A stretch of DNA of 64,000 bases from a virus, in IMG/VR virus record IMGVR_UViG_3300015202_000006, positions 47 to 64,046 of that record. The stretch is one strand, 5' to 3'. The notes under the pieces are model-generated. The model did no database searches. It saw only the letters and a list, made by a program, of their open reading frames with translations, and was not told the DNA's origin. Positions 46,196 to 53,715 of this stretch are shown in pieces; the stretch's first letter is position 1, and every line of letters begins with the position of its first letter. The position numbers and the translations under genes were made by a program.

Positions 46196-46222
46196 ACTCC
46201 TTAGGAGAAAAAGGAGAACGTT

Positions 46223-46960
46223 ATGGAAAAAATCGAAGCAACACAAACTCAGAGCAAAGAAGAATTGCTTAAGGCCGTTGCCGACGTTCTAGAAGAGGCG
46301 CTCGCTGAGTACGAAGCGCTTTCCAAAGCTGACCTCTATATGGGAGAGCCCGAAGAAGGCGCTCCTATCGCTGAATCTAAAGACGAAGAGTCTGAAGAGA
46401 GCGAAGAGGAAAAAGAGAAGAAGAAGAAAAAGAAAGACGAAGATGAATCTGAAGACGAAGAGTCTGAAGAAGCGTTGAAGTCTGAATTCGCAGCGATCTC
46501 CGCTAAAATGGCAGCTCGCGGTCTTCTTAATAAATCTCAAGAGACTAAGTCCGAAACAATCGCAGCTAAAGTTGAAGCTCACAAAGCTGAAACCGCGACG
46601 ATTCAGAAGTCTGAAGCCGCTCCGGTTGCTCCAGCTGAAGACAAGACAGAGTCCCTTAAGAAAGCTTTCGATGAACGTTTCGACAGCGTGAGCAAAGCAA
46701 TCGCTGCTTTATCGGAAACCGTCAACAAGATCGCGGCCCAACCCGCTTCACCTCGCAAGGGTGTTGCAGGCTACGCGCCTTCTCTCCGCAAGTCGGAAGA
46801 GGGTTCGGAACAGCCGCTTAAAAAGTCTGTGGTCCTTGAAGTGCTTCTGAAAGCGAAGCGCGAAGGGAACCGTGGGGTTGATTCAACCCTTATTAACCGA
46901 ATCGAGACCAACAGGGCGACCCCTGCTGATCTTCAATTTGTCAAAGGATTGCTGGGTTAA
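46223..46960 (+). CDS. Capsid scaffold-like protein
   Basis: Acidic/charged helical protein directly before the capsid gene; many LxKS/LxKA motifs. Confidence 0.7.
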   Translation: MEKIEATQTQSKEELLKAVADVLEEALAEYEALSKADLYMGEPEEGAPIAESKDEESEESEEEKEKKKKKKDEDESEDEESEEALKSEFAAISAKMAARGLLNKSQETKSETIAAKVEAHKAETATIQKSEAAPVAPAEDKTESLKKAFDERFDSVSKAIAALSETVNKIAAQPASPRKGVAGYAPSLRKSEEGSEQPLKKSVVLEVLLKAKREGNRGVDSTLINRIETNRATPADLQFVKGLLG

Positions 46961-46991
46961 TCCAGCTCCCCATTTACCAGGAGGAAACAAA

Positions 46992-48494
46992 ATGTTTCAA
47001 AATGATCCAATTATGAATGCTCAGAGCGGCGAACTTAGTACGGCCTCTCTCGACATGAACCAAGCCGAAGCGCTCGCGAAGACGCTTCAAGTTGGTCACG
47101 CGTACGCGAGTGGTTCGCCAACGTCGTTGACCGGTGCCGGCGCTCTCCAAATGGAAAGCATCGACGCGACCCTTAAGTCGGTACTGTACGAAGCTAAAAA
47201 TCTCGTCCTCTATCCATCCCTTCCTCAGGATAAGGCCTATAGCCTGGTCGAACAATTTGTTCGTACCAATTCCGTAGGAGATGGCGGATCCGTTTTCGTT
47301 AGCGAAAGCGCAAGCCCTGTCATGAACGACAGCGAGTTCCAACGGGCCGCTTCGAAAGTAGTTTTCTTCGCGACTCGTCGCGGAGTGAGCTTGCCAGCGA
47401 CTCTCGTCCGAATGAACTTCGGCGGAGATCTCGAAGGCAAAGAAGCTGCTGCCGGAAGTCTCTGGATGCTCGAACGCGTCGAACGCGCTTGCTACAAGGC
47501 AATGAGCGATTACACGAACGACGGACACTTTGATGGCGCACTTGCTGCCATTCCAGGCGTCATTCAGAATCTCGAACTCGATGGTCTCGAAAGACAGATC
47601 CGCTCGGCGGATGCTGATTTCAGCCAACAAGTTCGTGCTTTCGACGGATACGGCGGCGCTCAAAGCGTTGTTAAGGATCTCGCGGGCAATGTCATCGACG
47701 AAACTTCGATCGAAGACGAAGCTGAAGTCATCATGGAAAACTTCGGCATGCCGCAAGAACTCCATTTGGCTCCTAAGCAGCTCTCTGATTTCGTGAAACA
47801 GTTTCTTCCTAAAGAACGCGTCATGCAACTCGGGATTCAAGATGCTCGTGCCGGCTACGTCGTGCGCACGTTCGCCACTTCCGCTGGAGACATCGGACTT
47901 AAGGCCAACATCTTCCTGAAGCCAAAAGAGAATCCGAAGTCCCAAAACGATCGCGCTAACGTACCAAACGCTCCGGCGTCTGTTACGCCAGCTACGTCGA
48001 CTCCTTCTGATACGGCCTCGAAGCTTAAGGCTGGCGACAAGTATTCGTACTCTGTTGCTGCCTGCTCCGAAGCTGGCGAGTCTGCCTCTATCGCTGCTAC
48101 CTCGGCTGATACCGTGATTGCTGTCGACGGAGATATCGTGACTCTCGCGATTGCTGCTCCTAGCTCTGGTGTTCGCGCTACGCACTTTGCTGTGTATCGT
48201 ACGAGCAAAGCTGGCGGAACTGCTGCCCCGAAGAAATTCATTGGGTATGTTAAGACCGCTGGAACGTCTACCGTGTTCAAAGATCGCGGCGAACGTACTG
48301 AAGGTTCGGCTACCGCGTTCATGCTCGATCTTCGCCCGGAGATTCTGGTTTGGAAGCAACTCGCCCCAATGATGAAGATCGCTCTTGCTCAGGTTTCCCT
48401 CAGCAAAGAGTTCATCCTGTGGATGGCTGCTACCCTGCAAGTGTTCAACGGACGCAAGCTCGGTGTGATCCAAAACATCGGCCGCTCCACCTAA
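46992..48494 (+). CDS. Major capsid protein (500 aa)
   Basis: ALAKTLQVG...GAGALQMESID N-terminus like SPO1/Twort-type capsids; strong SD, codon bias, followed by a terminator. Confidence 0.88.
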   Translation: MFQNDPIMNAQSGELSTASLDMNQAEALAKTLQVGHAYASGSPTSLTGAGALQMESIDATLKSVLYEAKNLVLYPSLPQDKAYSLVEQFVRTNSVGDGGSVFVSESASPVMNDSEFQRAASKVVFFATRRGVSLPATLVRMNFGGDLEGKEAAAGSLWMLERVERACYKAMSDYTNDGHFDGALAAIPGVIQNLELDGLERQIRSADADFSQQVRAFDGYGGAQSVVKDLAGNVIDETSIEDEAEVIMENFGMPQELHLAPKQLSDFVKQFLPKERVMQLGIQDARAGYVVRTFATSAGDIGLKANIFLKPKENPKSQNDRANVPNAPASVTPATSTPSDTASKLKAGDKYSYSVAACSEAGESASIAATSADTVIAVDGDIVTLAIAAPSSGVRATHFAVYRTSKAGGTAAPKKFIGYVKTAGTSTVFKDRGERTEGSATAFMLDLRPEILVWKQLAPMMKIALAQVSLSKEFILWMAATLQVFNGRKLGVIQNIGRST

Positions 48495-48522
48495 TCCTGA
48501 ATTAGGACAATAAAATATTAAG

Positions 48523-48556
48523 AAAGGCTCGTTCCCCATGGGAGCGGGCCTTTTTT
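48523..48556 (+). terminator. Rho-independent terminator
   Basis: GGCTCGTTCCC/GGGAGCGGGCC stem followed by T6. Confidence 0.9.
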
Positions 48557-48630
48557 AATTTGTATACACATCAGCGCAAATACACTTATCGGGTTGCATT
48601 TATTCCTAAACACATCTATTTGTGGTCGGT

Positions 48631-48975
48631 ATGAGCGTTAGAATCTGTATCTCCGAATGCGATCAGGACGTCCTGTCGGCATTAGAGTCTGCATTGAATG
48701 ATCATGGCTATTCTGTGCAAAACGGAGTCGATGTACAGTGCGATGTGGCTGTGATCGTTTATCAGCCTTGGAGCCACAAGGAGTGCCTGGAGAGGGTGAT
48801 CGAATTCAGGAAGGCTCATCCTAGAATCAAGATCGTACTCGCCTCAACGAGCCCATCTACCGAAGCAATTAAAGGATTAAATCCGGACGCGTACCTCGAT
48901 ATGCCATTTAGTCTCGTACAATTTAACGAGATGATTAAGAAGATCATACCGCCCGATTGTGCCAAAGCCGTCTGA
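48631..48975 (+). CDS. Degenerate receiver-domain protein
   Basis: Receiver topology (ICISECD, DVAVIV, IVLASTS, MPF) with altered acidic pocket and Lys. Confidence 0.65.
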   Translation: MSVRICISECDQDVLSALESALNDHGYSVQNGVDVQCDVAVIVYQPWSHKECLERVIEFRKAHPRIKIVLASTSPSTEAIKGLNPDAYLDMPFSLVQFNEMIKKIIPPDCAKAV

Positions 48976-48976
48976 G

Positions 48977-49915
48977 TTACTTGCCGGTACTGCCGAATCC
49001 GCCCGAGCCGCGCTCGGTTTCGTCGAAACAGTCGACTTCCTCGATGTCTACCATTGCATATCTTTTGGGTATAAACTGAGCGACCCTATCACCTACATTA
49101 ATTGTTGCGTCTGTTCGGGTTTTAAAGAATACACAAATAATCTCACCAGTGTATCCATTGTCGATCACACCAACGGAATTCATCAGCATGATCCCTTTTT
49201 TCGTATTGGAAGATCTCGAATAAACTTCTCCGTACCATCCAGCAGCGGGCTGAACGGCAATACCCGTCCCAACCTTGATCCGGTCACCCAGATCTTCGAC
49301 TGTCATGGCAGTTAGATCATACCCAGCGTCTCCAACCTTTGATCGCTCCGGGACTCTTGAATCTGGATGCAGTTTAACAACTTTTATATGACAGGTGTTC
49401 GCGGTCCTTGCCTGGATGAAGTTGAGGAACCCCTGAAACTCTAGGGTATCAGAAGAGCCCTTGGCTTTATTGATGGCATTGCAGCAAAAGACAAAATTGC
49501 CTTCGACGTATCCTTTTGCGGAATCTATACGATCTACCGAAAGAATATCCAAATCAGCCTGTCTTTTGGAGGTCCGGTCTCTTGTAGTGACGAGAGACAT
49601 GGGTATTCCTGTGTAAAAACAAAGTCCGTTTTGTTTTTGATATTGGGAAAGGAGGATTTCTGGGGTTAGCCCATAGGCGATGCCCCGCTGCTCTGCTGGG
49701 TGAGCGAGCTTACTATGTTTGTCCGCAAAGAAGGCCTGGGCAGGAGTTAATCCTCGCCGTGCTTTAGAATTTGGGTTGTTTGCCCCAATGTAAAATGTTT
49801 TCCAATGTTCAGCCCTGCATATCCTTGAACAGGTTATTCCGGTCCTGACCCTCTCCAGTCTTGACGGCTTGACTCCAGCCACATCAACTCCGCACACGAT
49901 ACAGCTTTTGGTCAT
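48977..49915 (-). CDS. dut: Trimeric dUTPase fused C-terminal to a zinc-finger/HNH-like endonuclease domain (312 aa)
   Basis: dUTPase motifs GDAGYDL, SRSS, GVIDNGYTGEI, AQF, RGSGGFGSTG; upstream in frame CIVC, CSRIC, CFYTG, SVDRIDSAKGYVEGN, CCNAINKAK. Start set by the promoter motif. Confidence 0.9.
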   Translation of the reverse strand: MTKSCIVCGVDVAGVKPSRLERVRTGITCSRICRAEHWKTFYIGANNPNSKARRGLTPAQAFFADKHSKLAHPAEQRGIAYGLTPEILLSQYQKQNGLCFYTGIPMSLVTTRDRTSKRQADLDILSVDRIDSAKGYVEGNFVFCCNAINKAKGSSDTLEFQGFLNFIQARTANTCHIKVVKLHPDSRVPERSKVGDAGYDLTAMTVEDLGDRIKVGTGIAVQPAAGWYGEVYSRSSNTKKGIMLMNSVGVIDNGYTGEIICVFFKTRTDATINVGDRVAQFIPKRYAMVDIEEVDCFDETERGSGGFGSTGK

Positions 49916-49921
49916 GCAGTT

Positions 49922-49931
49922 TTTATACGGA
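49922..49931 (-). promoter_or_regulatory. Phage promoter motif TCCGTATAAA
   Basis: Exact copy; 6 nt to ATG at 49915. Confidence 0.85.
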
Positions 49932-49949
49932 CCCGGCCACCGACCCCAG

Positions 49950-49959
49950 TCCGTATAAA
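49950..49959 (+). promoter_or_regulatory. Phage promoter motif TCCGTATAAA
   Basis: Exact copy; 7 nt to ATG at 49967. Confidence 0.85.
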
Positions 49960-49966
49960 ACAGGTG

Positions 49967-51343
49967 ATGACCAAAGAGATCCCTTACGGCCTCGATTTTC
50001 AGCGCGGAGTTTTCAAACTCATGGCCACAGACGAGGTGTTCTGTGCGAAGGCTTGCCACCATCTGAATGGTAAGTTTTTTACCGGAGAACTTAAGTGGTT
50101 CTTCAATGTGGCAAAAAGCCATTACGAGAACTTTAAGGAAGTGCCTTCTCAGGGAGTCTTTGAGACCGAAGCCCTGAAGCATGAGATCAAAAAGCAGCAA
50201 TACTACTTTGACGAGGTCCAAAAGATCTTCCACTCAAGCCCTTCAATTGAGAAGACTAAGCGGGAGCTGACAGGATTTATACGGGCCAACATCTTTGTCG
50301 ATGCCTATCAGAGAGCGTCCGATCTCTTTAATGCAGGCTCGAAAGACAATGCCTATGAGATCACCTCATTTGAGCTTGAACGACTGAACAAGATCGATTT
50401 CGAGCGAGAACGGGTCGTTCGGTTCGGTGATCACGAAAAGGTCCTTGGCATCCTCTCTTCTCAAAAGAGGGACGCCATCCCTACCGGGATCCGAGCTATC
50501 GATGATGCGATGAACGGAGGGCTGTATCCGGGCTCTTGGACGACGTTTATCGGCGGATCCAATTCTGGAAAGAGCCTTTTGACCTGCACGCTCGGCTACT
50601 TCGCGGTGATGTCTGGAAAGAAGGTATTCTGTACAATCCACGAAGACGAGGAGTTTCCAACCAAGTGTCGCTGGCTCTCTAGGTTCTCGGGCATTCCGTT
50701 TGCTCGTCTAATGACAGGCCTCGCTCTGCTTTCTCCTGAAGAACGAGAGATGCTCGCGCGCGCCGATGAGATCCTAAAGGAGAACGTCGTTCTTCGGTTC
50801 ATGTACACTCAAGAAGCGATCGTTGAGCGCGTGCTCGAAGCGGCTCGCATGCTTCACAAGGAATGGCCGTTTCATCTCTTCCTTTGCGACTACGGGCAAT
50901 GCCTCACCTCCTCACGCTTTAAGTCCATGGACAACCCACGGATGCTCCAGGAGTACGTCTATGGGGAGCTGAAACAGATTTGTCTCGAACTCAATATTGC
51001 AGGTGCTGGCGGCGCTCAGACTAACCGTCAAGGCCATGCGCTCGCAAAGTCGGGGGCCGACTACATTCGCTGTACTGACGTGGCCGAAGCGTTCGGTATC
51101 GTTCGTAAGTCCTCAAACGTAATCACCATGAACCGTTCCAACTCAGATGCTGGCAAAGACCGCATTGTCTATCTTTTAGACAAGGTCAGAAATGGGATCT
51201 GCCCTATCGCTGTCGAGTGTGTAACCGACTACAACCGATGCCGCACTCATACCGATGAAGTGGGCTCTCAGGCCATGGTTAACGTTGATGATGGGCCGAA
51301 CAAGAAGGCCTCCAGAACTGAGGATGCGGAGCAATCCGTATAA
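49967..51343 (+). CDS. Replicative DNA helicase (DnaB/gp41-like)
   Basis: IPTGIRAID, GGSNSGKS (Walker A), LCDYGQ, AQTNR, LDKVRNG. Confidence 0.9.
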   Translation: MTKEIPYGLDFQRGVFKLMATDEVFCAKACHHLNGKFFTGELKWFFNVAKSHYENFKEVPSQGVFETEALKHEIKKQQYYFDEVQKIFHSSPSIEKTKRELTGFIRANIFVDAYQRASDLFNAGSKDNAYEITSFELERLNKIDFERERVVRFGDHEKVLGILSSQKRDAIPTGIRAIDDAMNGGLYPGSWTTFIGGSNSGKSLLTCTLGYFAVMSGKKVFCTIHEDEEFPTKCRWLSRFSGIPFARLMTGLALLSPEEREMLARADEILKENVVLRFMYTQEAIVERVLEAARMLHKEWPFHLFLCDYGQCLTSSRFKSMDNPRMLQEYVYGELKQICLELNIAGAGGAQTNRQGHALAKSGADYIRCTDVAEAFGIVRKSSNVITMNRSNSDAGKDRIVYLLDKVRNGICPIAVECVTDYNRCRTHTDEVGSQAMVNVDDGPNKKASRTEDAEQSV

Positions 51344-51344
51344 A
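51335..51344 (+). promoter_or_regulatory. Phage promoter motif TCCGTATAAA
   Basis: Exact copy; contains the helicase stop; 6 nt to ATG at 51351. Confidence 0.85.
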
Positions 51345-51350
51345 ACAGTC

Positions 51351-51617
51351 ATGGGTAAGCTGATCCGATCAACAGTCTTTATCGTCCTTCTCTCCTCGGT
51401 AATCGTGGGTGTGCTTGGAAATGCTCTCGGGCTGAATCCTTCTCAGCGTCAGATCCTCGCACTTTTTAATGGGGTCCTTGTCTACGCAATCTACTTTGCT
51501 CCCGGTCTGGATAAGATTGTCCGGGCCAATAACGCGAAACTTGAGGCTGAGATGAAAGAGGATATTCGCAAAGCCAAAGAGGAACGCGAGAGGACCGACC
51601 ATGATCAAAACTCTTGA
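51351..51617 (+). CDS. Two-TM membrane protein (88 aa)
   Basis: Two hydrophobic segments and a charged tail. Confidence 0.65.
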   Translation: MGKLIRSTVFIVLLSSVIVGVLGNALGLNPSQRQILALFNGVLVYAIYFAPGLDKIVRANNAKLEAEMKEDIRKAKEERERTDHDQNS

Positions 51618-51852
51618 TGGTATTAAGATCTTTGCAGTGATGCTCTTGGTCGTTACCGGTACGACGACCTTGGTAAATGCGCTTGCAATCAGCATGATTG
51701 GGCACCATCTCAATGGCCCGGCTCAGATGACGGTGTGCTCGGGTGCCACGATCCTCGCTTATGTAGTTTATGGATACGGCGCAGTCTCTCGAGCCATTCG
51801 CCCTGAAAATATGCCTCCTTATCCGAAGTCTGGAGACGGGCGTGGGTTATAA
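51601..51852 (+). CDS. Two-TM membrane protein (83 aa)
   Basis: ORF track; SD; hydrophobic. Confidence 0.6.
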   Translation: MIKTLDGIKIFAVMLLVVTGTTTLVNALAISMIGHHLNGPAQMTVCSGATILAYVVYGYGAVSRAIRPENMPPYPKSGDGRGL

Positions 51853-52375
51853 GAATCGGGAAATCGAACGCAAGTTTGTCATAGCCGAAAAGGACTACAA
51901 CAGCGGTGTCCGTCTCCTGAAACGCGCAATCGGTAACTGGGACCGTCTAGTTACAGGTGATTCTACCGACATTTACTTTGAGGTCCCGAGTAATCTACCG
52001 GCTGATTTTGCTCGCGTGCGGATGATGCCAAGAGGCAAGGCGCAGCTCACCATTAAGTATCAGGACCGCGACTGTAATCTTGACCGAGTTGAGATTGACG
52101 TAAACGTTGATGATCCCGCTCAGGCCATAGCGTTCTGCACTCATCTTTTCGGATACCCTGCGCGGTCAGTAAGAAAGAAGTACCTCGTACTGTTCCTCGA
52201 CGACAGGGATACGAACGTTTCCATCTATACGGTCAGGGGAGACAAGCGCGTCTTCATTGAAATTGAAGCTCGCACTGTTGAAAAGGTCGAAAAAATTACC
52301 AAACGTCTTGGTAAGAAACTCAGCATTGAAGTTGAAAAGCGTTCAATCTATCAGCTGTTTGTAAAAAGGAAGTAG
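51842..52375 (+). CDS. CYTH-domain (triphosphate tunnel) protein
   Basis: EIERKF, DIYF, ARVR, LTIK, EID, FIEIE. Confidence 0.85.
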   Translation: MGYKNREIERKFVIAEKDYNSGVRLLKRAIGNWDRLVTGDSTDIYFEVPSNLPADFARVRMMPRGKAQLTIKYQDRDCNLDRVEIDVNVDDPAQAIAFCTHLFGYPARSVRKKYLVLFLDDRDTNVSIYTVRGDKRVFIEIEARTVEKVEKITKRLGKKLSIEVEKRSIYQLFVKRK

Positions 52376-52379
52376 TTCT

Positions 52380-52634
52380 ATGGAAAAGCGAATTAAGATC
52401 AAAATTGTTCATATGGGTTACGAGCTTTTAATTAAGCGTGAGCGCGGGGCTCTCGCACAAAAGGGACAGGGCAACCGCGAGACAAAGTTTTTGCGCGAAG
52501 GTTCGCTTTTTTTAGGCCGTGGCCTGGCCGAGACATTCGCAAAGAAGCATTTCCCTGATCTTCCATACCGGATTAAAGGCGTCCGCATCGATATGACCCC
52601 TGTATCATTCGTCGCCGCAAAAGACCGTGGATAA
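52380..52634 (+). CDS. Hypothetical protein (84 aa)
   Basis: ORF track. Confidence 0.55.
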   Translation: MEKRIKIKIVHMGYELLIKRERGALAQKGQGNRETKFLREGSLFLGRGLAETFAKKHFPDLPYRIKGVRIDMTPVSFVAAKDRG

Positions 52635-52857
52635 TCCGCGAACTGTTGAAGAGCTGGAGAAAGAAAATACAGTTCTCAGAAACGCTCTCGCAGACGTACT
52701 TCTTCCTCTTTATGTGATTTGTCGCGCTCCCTGTAGGAATGGCTTCAGTTCTGTCGCGATTTCTGGTGCCGAAGAGGCTCTAAGACATGTCAGGCAGGCA
52801 CTAGGAATGAATGAAAACATCACCTCTGATTCTGGTTCTGGTACTGACGGCCTGTAG
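52627..52857 (+). CDS. Hypothetical protein (76 aa)
   Basis: ORF track; overlap-coupled. Confidence 0.55.
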   Translation: MDNPRTVEELEKENTVLRNALADVLLPLYVICRAPCRNGFSSVAISGAEEALRHVRQALGMNENITSDSGSGTDGL

Positions 52858-53059
52858 CTCTAAGAACTCTTGTGAGTTGCCTCGGAGCAATCTTGAGATG
52901 GCAGAGGTTTCGTATGAGACGGGATGCCTTAACTCAGCCCTTAGTTCGTGTTCAGGCACGATTGAACGAGGAGCCTGCTACGATCAGGCCATTCGTCTTT
53001 GCCCTGTTGAAGCCAAGGTCTTCCGGTCCTGGATCGCTAATTCAGGAGCCCGTAAATGA
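52811..53059 (+). CDS. Lipoprotein (82 aa, Cys-rich)
   Basis: MKTSPLILVLVLTAC lipobox. Confidence 0.7.
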   Translation: MKTSPLILVLVLTACSSKNSCELPRSNLEMAEVSYETGCLNSALSSCSGTIERGACYDQAIRLCPVEAKVFRSWIANSGARK

Positions 53060-53391
53060 GCGCATACAAAGACGACGGATTCGAACCTGCTTTTTGTCCT
53101 TATCTTCTCAACGTCCCTAGGAATGCGATGCTCATGACTCTACTGGAGTGTCAGTTTGATGAGCAAACTGATTATGAGGTGGCTAAAATGAGGGTAGACC
53201 TCAGGGATCTCAAGAGGGTCTATCTGTTTAAGGCGGCCCTATTTCCATTTGAAATCACGTTTGGGACACTGATGTTTGGGAAGGGGTACTTTGTTCGTCG
53301 GTTGGCCCTGATGAAGGCTTCTCTTAAATTTCTTTTCGGACAGATGAGTATCGACAAGTTCAGGGCCATCGCAGACTCATCGCAAGTTTAG
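53056..53391 (+). CDS. Hypothetical protein (111 aa)
   Basis: ORF track; ATGA-coupled. Confidence 0.55.
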   Translation: MSAYKDDGFEPAFCPYLLNVPRNAMLMTLLECQFDEQTDYEVAKMRVDLRDLKRVYLFKAALFPFEITFGTLMFGKGYFVRRLALMKASLKFLFGQMSIDKFRAIADSSQV

Positions 53392-53666
53392 CACTCAGAG
53401 TCCTCTTCGTCGGCATGCTCTTCGCTAGGCAAGAACCAACGTTTCTCGGTGTAATTCCAATGGCGGTTGTCTTGAATCGCCAAATTAAAGAACAGCCCAA
53501 ATAGACTGAAATTCGCGGAAAATCCTGCGTGGTCCTGAGAGTGGCTCCATCGAATATCAAACTCGAAGTACTCACCAATTTTTGTAAATCGGACGAGCTG
53601 TATCTCCAGGCTCTTATTCACCGTGATTGGCAGGCTGGTACCGTAATTAAAGGTTCGTTGTTCCAT
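53388..53666 (-). CDS. Hypothetical protein (92 aa)
   Basis: Starts 6 nt after a promoter motif. Confidence 0.65.
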   Translation of the reverse strand: MEQRTFNYGTSLPITVNKSLEIQLVRFTKIGEYFEFDIRWSHSQDHAGFSANFSLFGLFFNLAIQDNRHWNYTEKRWFLPSEEHADEEDSEC

Positions 53667-53672
53667 ATCGAT

Positions 53673-53682
53673 TTTATACGGA
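53673..53682 (-). promoter_or_regulatory. Phage promoter motif TCCGTATAAA
   Basis: Exact copy; 6 nt to ATG at 53666. Confidence 0.85.
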
Positions 53683-53699
53683 GATCTGGATGGTTCTAA

Positions 53700-53709
53700 T
53701 CCGTATAAA
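53700..53709 (+). promoter_or_regulatory. Phage promoter motif TCCGTATAAA
   Basis: Exact copy; 6 nt to ATG at 53716. Confidence 0.85.
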
Positions 53710-53715
53710 ACAAGC

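Noticed and set aside
46974-48539. 521-aa antisense ORF over the capsid gene (likewise 19673-20542, 35462-36034 and others)
   Set aside because: No SD, promoter or recognisable motif; explained by the codon bias of the sense gene removing antisense stops.
49916-50233. Longer N-terminus for the dUTPase fusion given in the track
   Set aside because: It overlaps the helicase antisense; the promoter motif places the start at 49915. The same logic trims ORFs at 6456, 8359, 13294 and 53717.
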